From positions 203,512 through 267,511 of the forward strand of contig JAWQFM010000009.1 in the NCBI GenBank assembly GCA_033442325.1: DNA of 64,000 nucleotides, written 5' to 3'. The stretch's first letter is position 1. Each line of letters starts with the position of its first letter. This document shows positions 49,102 to 60,292 of the stretch, piece by piece. The position numbers and the translations under genes were made by a program. A model generated the notes under the pieces. That model made no database searches. It was given only the letters and a program-made list of their open reading frames with translations, and was not told where the DNA came from. Source of the stretch: Salpingoeca rosetta. Taxonomy: Eukaryota; Protista; Choanoflagellata.

Positions 49102-52100
49102 TGTAGAAACACGACAGGTGTGTGTGTGTGTGTGTTTACTGTAGGCAAACGCAACAAACAAGAACACAAGGAGAATGAACAAGCACAACAAGCTGCTGCC
49201 TAATCAACTCGGGCAGCACGCTCAAACAAACACTAGACAAGTGCACACACAGTCAATGACGCTGCCAAGGCGACATGGGCAGAGTGTGCACGAACACAAA
49301 CAATCTAAACAATGAGCAGCATGCATACATGCGCGCAGAGCAATGCTAGGCATGGCATGAATGCTTGCAGGCAAGCATACACAACAGACAACACTTCACA
49401 ACACTGCATGGCACGCACACATAGCATTTGCCAAGCATGACGGGCATGCACATACACACAAACACATGGCACACAACTCACGTGTGTAGGGGAAGGAGGA
49501 GAGGAGAGGCAGTTGGCACACATGCATGCCAGCAGAGAGGAAGGAATGTTTGCAAACGGAAAAACCACAAAGCAGGTGTTGTTGGCAAACAAGACAAAAC
49601 CACATGAGAAGGCAAATTAGGAAGGACTCAACACAAAACAGAAACGCACTGACTCTCAACACTCCCCCTCAACTGCCTTCCTCTGCTTCGTCTCAGACGT
49701 CGAGGTTCCCACCAGTCGTGGCAGGTGCTGCTCGAAGGTCTGCTTGTCCAGTGCCTTGGTCAGCGCGTCGGCAACCATCTGCGTGCCGGGACAGTGCTGC
49801 AGCACAATGGTTCCGTCGGCGATGAGCTCCCGCACGAAGTGGTGGCGTACCCGGATGTGCTTCGTGCGCGGCTTGGTGACGTGGTCGTTGCCGATGGCGA
49901 TGGCCGCCTGGTTATCTGTCAGCATCTTGGTGGCTCCAGCCTCGGGCTCGCCGAGGTCCATGAGCAGCTGCCGCAGGAAGACGACATCCTGCGCTGCTGC
50001 GGAGATGGCCATGTACTCGGCCTCGGCGGTGCTCAGCGCAACCGTGGGTTGCAGCCGGCTGCTCCAAGACACAAGACAGCCGTTGATGTAGCAGGTGAAG
50101 CCCGTCGTGGAGCGGCCCGTCAGCTGGTCTGTGCCGAAGCTGGCGTCGCTGTAGCACACCAGGTCCAGCGGTTGGTCCTTGCGCGTGCCGCTGCGTCGCT
50201 TGAAGAGGAGGCCGTGCTCGCTCGTCGCCTTCAGGTACCGCACGACGTGCTTGGCTGCCTGCCAGTGGACCGTCGTGTAACGGTCCATGTAACGGCAGAG
50301 CAGTCCGCACGCGAAGCTGACGTCTGGTCTCGTGCGGTTGGCCAGGTACAGGAGCGAGCCGACGAGGTTGCGGAAAGGCAGGCGTCGGTCGGGCTGCTCG
50401 CTGATGCTGGAGGCGTCGATGCCAACGCGCATGGGCGTGGACACGCTGGCTGCCGCTGCCAGGTTGTAGTCGTTGACGATGTCGTTGATGGCCTGAGTCT
50501 GCGCAATGTGCAACACCCCGTCAGCTGGTGACGTCAGGTGAAGGCCCAGGTACCAGGTGAGCGGGCCCAGGTCCTCTGCCTCGAAGCTCTCCTTGATCTG
50601 CTGCTTGCAGGCACGGATGTGGCGCTCGCTGCTGCCGCTGATGATGAGGTCGTCGACGTACGTGATGATCCATGTGCGCTGTCCGTCGTCGTGGAGCTTG
50701 GTGAAGAGGCAGGCGTCGACGTTGCTCTGCGCCCATCCGTTGGTCTTGAGGAAGGTGTGGAGGTTCTTGGCCCATGCATTGCCCGCTTGCTTGAGACCGT
50801 ATGGCGGCTTGAGCAACCGGCACACCTTGGCCGCGTATCGTTGAGCGGCGTCGCCGATGTCTGTGAAGTGCGGCGGCTGCTCCCTGTACCGCTCCTCCTT
50901 GAGATCAGCCTGCAGGTAATCCGACTTGAAGTCGAGCTGGTGCAGCTGGTGCTGTGCTGTCGTTGCAGGAGACTACAGTGAGGATGGTCTTGGCTGCTGG
51001 TGTTGGGGCGTAGGTCTGGTGGAAGTCGATGCCCGGTCGTTGGCTGAAGCCCTTGGCGACCCAGCGTGCCTTGAAGCGCGTCGGCGCGCCCTCAGCATCA
51101 CGCTTCACCTTGAAGACGAAGCGTGACTTGAGAGGCGTGTGCTGCCGTGGCACGACGCTGCGTGGGATGAGCTTGATGACGCCGTTGCGCTCCATGGCCC
51201 CCGATCTCCTCCAAGCACGCCTGAGTCCACTGCTTGCGTTGCTGGCTCTTGAGTGCCTGCTTGATGCTTGCAGGCTCCGTGAGGCTGGTGTCGTCGCTGC
51301 TGCTTGCTGTGAACGCGCCTGCCTCGGTGTCACTTGCATCTGTTGTGTCTGGATCGTAGTTGGCGTCGTTGGTGTCGCTGCTGCTGTCGGCGTCAAAGTC
51401 CGTGAGCAGGAAGTCTGTCTCGACATCCTCGTCCTGGTCCTCGTCGATGTGAACCGTTGGTGGCTCACCGTCAGTGGTGCTGTTGCTGCTGTCACGTACA
51501 CTGGGAAGCTGGAGCATGGACGATGTCGTGGATGTCTGCACTTGCTCCTCCCACTCATCCACGACATCATCGGCCTTGGAGAAGGAAAGGAAGCGGACGT
51601 GGATTGTGACGGAACTGTGGTCGAGGTGTGTCGGTGGCTTGTTCTGTGTACTGATGTGAGGTAAACCAGGGAACAAAAGAACTGAACAAGGCACAGACAA
51701 TCACGTGAGATAAGCGACAACAGGGTGCAGGGCAACACACACGTGCTAGCAGGCAANNNNNNNNNNNNNNNNNNNNNNNNNNNNNNNNNNNNNNNNNNNN
51801 NNNNNNNNNNNNNNNNNNNNNNNNNNNNNNNNNNNNNNNNNNNNNNNNNNNNNNNNTCCATCTTGAATCCTGGCGTGGAAACGACGTGGTCCGACGGGTC
51901 AGACATACTGCACGCTCAAGAAGGGTGATGGAGAAACAAGAGAGGGGAACAAGCAGAAGGGAGAGAAGAAGCACAAGCGAGTGTGAGACAAGTAGCGATG
52001 ATGATCAGGAGTGGCTGGGTCTCATAATCTGTAGAAACACGACAGGTGTGTGTGTGTGTGTGTTTACTGTAGGCAAACGCAACAAACAAGAACACAAGGA

Positions 52101-52589
52101 GAATGAACAAGCACAACAAGCTGCTGCCTAATCAACTCGGGCAGCACGCTCAAACAAACACTAGACAAGTGCACACACAGTCAATGACGCTGCCAAGGCG
52201 ACATGGGCAGAGTGTGCACGAACACAAACAATCTAAACAATGAGCAGCATGCATACATGCGCGCAGAGCAATGCTAGGCATGGCATGAATGCTTGCAGGC
52301 AAGCATACACAACAGACAACACTTCACAACACTGCATGGCACGCACACATAGCATTTGCCAAGCATGACGGGCATGCACATACACACAAACACATGGCAC
52401 ACAACTCACGTGTGTAGGGGAAGGAGGAGAGGAGAGGCAGTTGGCACACATGCATGCCAGCAGAGAGGAAGGAATGTTTGCAAACGGAAAAACCACAAAG
52501 CAGGTGTTGTTGGCAAACAAGACAAAACCACATGAGAAGGCAAATTAGGAAGGACTCAACACAAAACAGAAACGCACTGACTCTCAACA
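49102..52589 (-). mobile_element. Ty1/copia element A nested in the RNase H of B. LTRs 52030-52589 and 49102-49661
   Basis: Two apparently identical 560-bp TG..CA LTRs, TSD AACGC (49097-49101, 52590-52594), PBS GATTATGAGACCC, PPT TTGAGGGGGAG, RT/RNase H ORF 49656-50825 (YGLKQ, YVDD, YSDAS, STAEAEY, ADALTK). Gap at 51757-51856. Confidence 0.95.
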
Positions 52590-52849
52590 AACGCAGCCGT
52601 ATGTGTTTGGAGCCGCCCTTGGCCACGGGATTGGTAGCAATGCACATGGCAGACTGGCTGTCCATGTGGAGTGGTGTGGTGCCGACGTCGAATCCCAGCT
52701 CCTGGAGGAGCTGTCGCAGGTACACCGCAGCCTGTGCTGCGCGCGCAGCGGCGACGTACTCTGTCTCCGCCGATGATGTTGTGACGAGAGGCAGCCTCTT
52801 GGACAGCCATGTCACAGGGCCACCGGCGATGGTGAACAGGTGGCCTCCA

Positions 52850-53390
52850 TGTTGTGGAGTGCCACAACAAGATTCCCTTATCACTACAAAAGCATTACAA
52901 ACCTTAAGCTTAAATGGCCTTCGTAGCCAAGCGGGTGAAATGCTAGCCTCTTTTATTCCCGCTCTACAACACTTGGTAGCGATTGGGTTGAAATCCACCG
53001 CCCTTCACAAGGAAAAAAAACAATCCTTGTCAGGAGTTGAGATTACTCCTCCTTTACTTCCGTCCGACCCGGACTATAAGTTCCGAACCGGACATTCAGC
53101 TTTAGCTCCCATTGCGGACGTGAGTCCTCCTCTATGGACACTGCCTTGCGATTGACGAGTGTGCTGCGGTTCCTTGAGAAAGGTTACCGCCACACTCATA
53201 GTCTTCGCGGTGAGGACTTACGTTCGCTCGGTTGAGCATTAAGCTTCTTCCTTTTAACGAGGGGAGAGTGTTGTGGAGTGCCACAACAAGATTCCCTTAT
53301 CACTACAAAAGCATTACAAACCTTAAGCTTAAATGGCCTTCGTAGCCAAGCGGGTGAAATGCTAGCCTCTTTTATTCCCGCTCTACAACA
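52850..53390 (+). mobile_element. Element C: 541-bp non-coding TRIM-like LTR retrotransposon
   Basis: Identical 122-bp LTRs (52850-52971, 53269-53390) with TGTTG..CAACA ends, TSD CTCCA, PBS TGGTAGCGA 2 nt after the 5' LTR, PPT GAGGGGAGAG, and a 297-bp interior with no recognisable ORF. Confidence 0.92.
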
Positions 53391-56300
53391 CTCCATGCCC
53401 CTTCGACGTGTAGGGGTCAGACATGTGACTTGCGTCTGTGTAGCCAAGGAGTTGAAGCGAATCACCCGCACTGTACTTGATTGCCAGAGCCGCCGTGCCC
53501 CGTAGGTACTTGCAGACATGTCTGGCCGCGTGTAGGTGCTGCTTGCCGGGTTGCTGGATAAATCTGGAGAGCACGGATGTGGCGTAGCTGATGTCGGGAC
53601 GCGTCGTCACTGCGAGATACAGCAGACTGCCAATGATGCTCTGGTAGTGACGAACGTCGACCTCGGCTTGTTCCACCGGCACGAGCTTCATCTTGACGGG
53701 GAGTGGAGTTGCCTTCGCCTTGCAGTCCTCCAGGCCTTCTTGCTTCAGCACAGTCTGGATGTAGTCGTGCTGGTTCAGCGTCATAACGCCGCGTTCTCTG
53801 TCATAGGAGATCGCAATGCTGAGGTATTGTCGTGGCGCGCCCAAGTTCTTGAGGTCGTAGTTGGCTGCAAGCACAGCCTCTGCACGGTCCATGTGCTCCT
53901 GTGTCGTTGCCGCCACAAGGAAGTCGTCGACGTGCACGCAAATCATGACTGTGCGATCCTGGTTGACGAAGATGCAGGCGTCGGACCGCAAACGCTGGAA
54001 GCCGCTGCCGCCAATCGTCTTCCAGACAGATGCGTACCACAGCTTCGGCGCCTGGCGCAGGCCATAGAGGCTCTTGCGCAGCTTCAGCACAGACCCGGCC
54101 AGGGAGGTTGCTGCCTGCGGCGGACGCACAAACACGTTTGTCATGTCGAGCTCGGCATGGAGAAAAGCCGCAGACACATCGAACTGGCACAGCAGCATGT
54201 GTCGCTGGGCTGTAGCAGCGAGAAAGGTGCGCAGAGCCTCGAAGCGTGTCGTGGGCGAAAATACATCTGCGTATGTGTCCTCCGTCTGCCGGTTGCCGCA
54301 GCAAACAAACCGGACTTTGTGGACAATACTGCCGTCCGGTTTGTGTTTCACAGCAAAGACGAGCTTGGACGGTATTGGTCGCACGCCCATGGGAAGAGTG
54401 CGCTGGTCAACGATGTCGAAGACATCGTGCCGAATCATGTTACTCCACTCCTTGACGAAGGCCTCCTGCCACTTGCTCTTGTGTGCAGAGGCCATGGCGT
54501 CCCGCCATGTCTTGGGGACCGGCTGCTGCGGTGGCTGGTGCGTCTGTACCATCGCATTCTTCAACAGGGTAGTCCGCAGGCAGAGGATGTCGGTCTCGTA
54601 GCCGTCACTGTCGTCGCTGTGATCGCCATCGCCATCGTCATCACTGCCGTCGTCTGCCGTTGACGAGTCAGGATGCTTGCTGTTGACGGCACAGCTTGTC
54701 TTCTGCTGTGCCGTGGGTGCTGATTGCGCGAGTGGTGCAGATGTTTGTGCGCCGCCGCTGTCGCCCTGCCGCATGGGGTCAGGTGTGTTCTCGTCGCCCT
54801 GCCGCATGGGGTCAGGTGTTGATGCTGTTGCTGCTGGCATCACCCATAGGTTCTGCACAGTGCTGGTGCCGTTGCTGCCTGTGAGTGGTGATGTCGGTAA
54901 AGCACCCCCTTGACTCGTGCAGTCAACCTCTTCCAGGAAGTCAACGTGGATGGAGGACCTCACTCGCCCAGTTGCCTTGACGTAGATGCGATGCGCGTTG
55001 CATCGCGTGTCGAAGCCAACATAGAAGCCTTCCATGGCCCGTCGGGGAAAGGCCTTGCTCTTGTCCGTGTGGACGTGGTCATACACGAACGCCTTGCAGC
55101 CGAAGACGCGCACGTGCTGCAGTGGCGAAGGCTTGGCGAAGAGAGCCTGGTACGGTGACATGCCCAGTTGGGAGTGCGGAAGAAGGTTGTACACCCATGC
55201 AGAGTGTCCAAGCGCAGCAGACCAGAGCTTGTCCTTGAGGTGCTGCGGCAGTGGTGCCGTGTGCAGCATGGCAGCGGCAGACTCCTTCAGCGTGCGAATG
55301 CTTCGCTCCACAAGCCCGTTGTGCTCGTGCACATGTGGCGGACTGTAGCGAAGGCGAAGGCCAAGCTCGTTTGCCGTTTGCACGAAACGCCGAGACGTGA
55401 AGACGGGATCGCTGTCCGTTTGAACGAGGGTGCCACGGTCAACTGGTATTGGCGTCGTTGCAACGAAGTGGCGAAGCGCATCTGCAGCCTCGCTCTTGGC
55501 CTTGACATAGGTGCAGTCCATGAACCGGGTCCTCTCGTCTAGCCAAACCAGCGCGTACTTGCTGCCCTGGATCGACGGTGGGAAGGGCCCAAGAAGGTCG
55601 AGGTGCAGCGTGTCGCCCGGGCTTTCGGCATCTCGAACTGCCTGCTTGCTGATGGGCTTCTTCACCGTCTTGAAGGCCAGGCAGCCCTCACATGTGGCCG
55701 AGCTGGGGTCGCACGCAGGGTCGCTGCTGCTGCCCGTGCTGTCGCTAAACCGCACATTCTGCTCCTCCAGAGACTTGCGAATCGTGTGAAGGGAGCGATG
55801 GCCGAGGCGACGATGCCACGTGTGCAGTGTGTACACTGCGTTGCACTTCTGCATGACCTCGGGCTTGCCCAGCTGCGCGTCAAAGTAGTACGTCTTGTCG
55901 TCGTGCTGATGCAATGTCAGGATCGAGCCGTCAGGACAAGCAACCGCCGACGTCTTCTTGTCCAGGCACACCTTGAGGCCTGAGTCGACGAGCCTGCCGG
56001 CCGAGAGGATGTTGAACCCAAATGTGGGAAGAAACATGACGTTGTTGATGGTCACAACGACATCCTCACCCCGGACTCCCTTCGTCTGCAGCACGACCTG
56101 GCCTGCTTGCTCCACTGTCACCTCTCCACCAAGTCCATGGACTTTTGCTGGTGGCGTCAGTGGGTACAGATGCGTGAATGCCCCAGGGCTGGCGAAGATG
56201 TGCACAGATGACTGCGTGTCCACGCCAATAGCGTTGCCTGGGAGGCTGATGCGGTTGCTCGAGTCTCGAGGTGACGTGGCCATCTTGAGTGACACATGCC

Positions 56301-59156
56301 TTGGCTCTAGCCGTTGTGCCACAGGCTGACGACGATGATGTTGCTGTTGTTGCTGATGATGCAGTCCTTGGCGCACGCCATCACCACCACGCCCACCGGT
56401 CTGTCCTTGAGCGTTGGCTGGGTTGTGGTAGCACTCGTGCTCCTTGTGGTAACCAAACTTGCCACACCACTTGCAGATGGACTTTTGGCGCTGTTGTCGT
56501 GCCTTTCCCTCACCAGCCCTTCGCTTGGCAGACATGCGAAACACCTTGTCATCAAACGCTGATGCTGGTTGCTGTGGTGGAGACGCGTGCAGAACCTTCA
56601 TCATCGTCTCATTCACTGTTGCTGTTGGCTCTTTGAACTCCTTCATGAAGTCAGTGGGCTTGCTGCTGTGGAGACAGGCAAACAGAATCCAGGATGCTGT
56701 TGTTTCTTTCGTCATAGCCTCACTCATCTCGTACACAGCCTTCATCTTCTCGTAGGCCGTCAACACTCTCTTGCTGTAGGAGTCTTGGCTGTCATCGTTC
56801 TGCCAAGCTGTTGCAGCAATGAACTCTGCGAGGTAGGTCGCCTTCTTTCGCTCATCGTTCGCGTGCTTGTAGTAGTTGTCGAGTGCGCGCCAAGCTGCTG
56901 TTGGATCATCATGCCCTCGCACAATCAAGGCCACCGCCTCCTCACAGTTCTCCAGCGCTAACATCAAGCTGAGGTGGACGTGCTCCTTCTCTTCCGTGGA
57001 GGCGCCGTCATCACCCTCAAGCACCTTCTCCGACCCGGGTAGTGTTCGTTTCACATACCGTTTGAAGTTGAGCTGGAAGAGGCGAAGCTGATCTGGACTC
57101 CCGTTGAAGTGGGGAAGGGAAGCCAGGGACAGGTCCATGGGTCTCATAATCTGTGCCATGTCGAACGCAAGACAAGCAGAGGATGTACGTGTGTTTGTGT
57201 GTGCGTGCGTTAGCGTAGTGGTATGCTCACTTGTCTGCGTGTGTTTGTGTGGGTTTACTGTGTGATGTGGAAGACAGATGGGAACAAGGATGAATGAACA
57301 CAAGTGAAGCACTCCCGCATTGTGGCAGAAACAACAAAGAGATTGGACGAACAACACGCAAACATATGCAATACTGCACTTTGTGTGGAAGCAACACACA
57401 GCTTGAACGAAGAAAACGGAAGTGTAACAACCACAGCAGAAACCGGTTGGATCGCAGAACTATTCATGCTGTCTCCAGCTTTCCGGACATAAGCAAACAC
57501 ATCCACATGCACATGACACGGACTCGTCTCTCCACAGCCGTGGCTGACGACGGCCGCCTTCTTGAATGGAGCTGCTCGTCCGTGCTGCGGGCGAGAGGAT
57601 CCTGGCCGCTTGCCGTTGCCGTTGCCATGGTTGCGAAGCGTAGCCAGGATCTGCCGCACGTCGATGACGTGGTAGCGCTTGGCCGCCTGCAGCTTGCGGC
57701 ACTGCTGCGCGCAGTGGCCGCGGAAGTTGCAGAACGCGCAAGTCACGCGCTCTGCAGGTGGACAGCATGGTCCACCGCTCGTGTCGGAGGGCGACGTGCC
57801 AGCGTGCATCGGCGATGCAGCGAAGGAGCCGGGGCTTGGCCCGCCGATGGCGAGCACGGGCGTGCGCTTCTTGGGACGATGCAGGCGGCGCTCCTCCTGA
57901 ATGAGGTCCGCCGTCATCTTGGACAGCGATGGCGGCGGGTCCTCGCGCTCCATGAACCGCATCGCCACATCAAACTCCGCGGGGAGTTCATTGCGGACGA
58001 GGGTGCGCAGGTCGTCCTCCGGGATGGACACGCCGGCAGCGAGGAGCTGCGAGTTGATGTCCGTGATGCGGGACATGAACGTGTCAACGGTGTCCGTGGG
58101 CAACCAGGTGGTCGAGGAGAGCTGCTGCCTGAGACGACTCACGTGGTCCTTGCCGCTGCGGATGTAGCGCTCGCGGAGGCGGCGCAGCGCAAGCACACCG
58201 GAGCGGCCACGGTTGTCGGTGATGGCCAGCCGCAGCGGGTGTCCCGTCAGGACGCCAAGGAGGAACGCGAAGATGGCTGCGTCAACCTGTGGATCACGGG
58301 GATCCAGCAGGCCAGAGGCTCGGGACGCCACCTGCGCTCCTCCGCTCGGGAGTGGCGGAAGAAGGGAGAGAGGAAGAGGAGGAAGATGGCTGAGCGCCGT
58401 GGTCGTCGCCGTCGCCCTCGTCGTCGTCATCGTCGTCGTGGTCCCCCGCGTCGTGGCGGACGCCAGTGCGGCGAGGGGCGCGTTGAGGGCGGGGGCGAGT
58501 GCGGGGACCCGAAGCACCGAGGATGGATGGACTGGGCGATGAGGCAGCTGCTGGAGCCTGCCCGTCTCCTTGGTGGTCAGCAGAGCCTCGTCGATGATGC
58601 CAGCGTCGATGCCAGCGGCGATGAGCTTGGCCTCGACGGTGATGAAGAAGAGGTTGGCATCCTGCTCAGCGCCAGCGAAGACCTTGATGCCGTCTGCGCT
58701 AATTGAGCTGGGTCTCATAATCTGTTGTAAGTTCATGCTGGTGGTGCTGTTGTTGGAGACTTGTGTGTGTGTGTGTGTGTGCAGAGTGTGCTGTGTGTTG
58801 TGTGGGAGATTGTCTTGGCAAGAGAGAGTTGTGTGTGTTTACTTGAGTTGTGAAGCAAACAAGGATGTAGGATGAATGAACACTCCAACAGAAAGAAACA
58901 GAGCACAAGACAAGAATTGTCGACAACGCAAAGTGGTGACGTGGCAGTGTTTGTTGAGAGTTGTGTGGTTATGTGGTGTGTTATGCAAGAGCATGTAACA
59001 TCGAGCAACCACACAAGGTAAACACTGCACGTGCAACAGGTTGGAGGGAAATCACGTGAACATTCCAGAACACAAGAGAGGTGAATGTAAATTTTGGTGT
59101 CGTAAAGAAGGGAGGTCAATGATGACTCAGCAGACAGGACTTGCCTGTCAACATCC

Positions 59157-59324
59157 AAATGCCATGATGGACAAGGCTGCGGCAAGGCATTCAAGACGAA
59201 GGCATAGCTAGCGCGGCACCGGAAATACCGCATGCCGCGCAAGTGCCACTGTGACATCTGCTCTCACAAGCTAAACTACAAAAGTCTGTTCAGAAATCAC
59301 CTAAAGAAGATACACCCCCATTAG
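59157..59324 (+). pseudogene. C2H2 zinc-finger gene relic (two fingers, internal stop)
   Basis: Manual translation: KCHDGQGCGKAFKTKA*LARHRKYRMPRKCHCDICSHKLNYKSLFRNHLKKIHPH*. Confidence 0.65.
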
Positions 59325-59698
59325 CCTCAGCAACCGTAGTACGTACCAGTAAGTTCTCCTGATATCCCTTTTGCACCTTTTTGCGGTTTGTGTGACTTGT
59401 GCACTACGACATGGCCTAGGACGTCCAACAGTTGCTTTCCGGAGCGTTTAACCAACATAGGTGTTCAAACGATATGGCGACAGCATATTTATTCTTTACA
59501 GACTGCCCCAATGTTGGCCTTGGCCCACGGCGTAGCTCTGACAAGCGGCCCGGCCCGGAACGCGACGACAGATGCCCGCGAATGGATCAGAGCCATGTCG
59601 CAACACACAAACGTGGGTTGTTGTTGCCGCATTCACGTTCGTTGCCGTCCGCTACTTCTGTGGCCAGTGTTGGTGTTGGTTGTTGGTGTTGCAGACGG

Positions 59699-59927
59699 CT
59701 GCACGCGCAGTGTTTAGCTTGTGGGGTTGCTCAATGTTACATGCTCTTGCATAACCAGCCACATACCGTCAGTGCAAGGGTGTACTGTCGTGGTAAACCA
59801 AGGATCATAACTGAAGCACGGAAAGTGGAACAGCCACGCATGAGCACTTTCAAGCAACAAACTGAGACACCGGGGAACGTGTTCCAACTCGTTCTGCATT
59901 ACACACAACTCTCAACAAACACTGCCA
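59699..59927 (+). mobile_element. Eroded D-family LTR fragments separated by about 140 bp of unrelated sequence
   Basis: 59699-59757 and 59903-59927 match adjacent segments of the LTR at about 60411-60505. Confidence 0.65.
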
Positions 59928-60292
59928 GCACACACAGCGCATGCACACAAGCAGATTAGAGTGTGCGTGTTCAGAAAAGGGCCAACTAAGTAACCCACCC
60001 CTATCGCCCATGGACAAATGCAACAGCAGCAGCGCGCTGAACGCGATAAACAACATCTTGGACCTCACGGAGCGCCACCGGAATGAAGTATAAAACAAAC
60101 TTCAGACCGTACACGATTGTTGCGCAGACCATCGGAACAAGAATCATCTGAGCAAGATGTATCCGGGCAACTGGGCTATCCCCTTTGTGATTGGGACTTT
60201 GCATCGGCAAGGGCGTCATCGCTCTTCGCTTGCAGAGCAGGACACGAGGGCAGAGTATAGGAGTATGCCATCGTCGTCGTGGGTGGGATCGC

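Larger units (their letters stand above)
48951..57147 (-). pseudogene. gag-pol polyprotein of element B; RNase H interrupted by elements C and A
   Basis: Open from ATG 57147 to about 53391: Zn knuckle, PR, WHRRLGH/CEGC, D-D-E integrase, RT HVDD, RNase H YTDAS. Continues 52849-52590 (SSAETEY, MDSQSA, KHIRLR) and 49101-48951 (YHLLRE...ADMLTKAL..*). Confidence 0.9.
48533..57536 (-). mobile_element. Ty1/copia element B, full length, nested in D. LTRs 57152-57536 and 48533-48943
   Basis: 385-bp TG..CA LTRs, TSD GCCGT (48528-48532, 57537-57541), PBS GATTATGAGACCC, PPT TTGAGGGGGTG. Confidence 0.95.
44555..59153 (-). mobile_element. Ty1/copia element D (outermost host of the nest): 5' LTR 58723-59153, truncated 3' LTR 44555-44825
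   Basis: 431-bp TG..CA LTR, PBS GATTATGAGACCC, gag from ATG 58718 with CCHC (CAFCNFRGHCAQQC), protease WLADSGAT, integrase (HDVLGH..CGPC; DI, TD, NGSAER), RT (KARWVAKG, YGLKQ, YVDD), and PPT TGCGGGGGAG next to 44825. Interrupted by B and by an A-family LTR. Pairing of the two LTRs spans a gap and is not certain. Confidence 0.85.

Noticed and set aside
52917-53000. tRNA gene within the TRIM LTR/PBS
   Set aside because: A-box-like start but I could not fold a cloverleaf. Kept only as a speculative promoter motif.
57148-57399. N-terminal extension of the 1338-aa ORF (MCCFHTK...)
   Set aside because: It lies inside the LTR. The plausible start is ATG 57147 or the next ATG.
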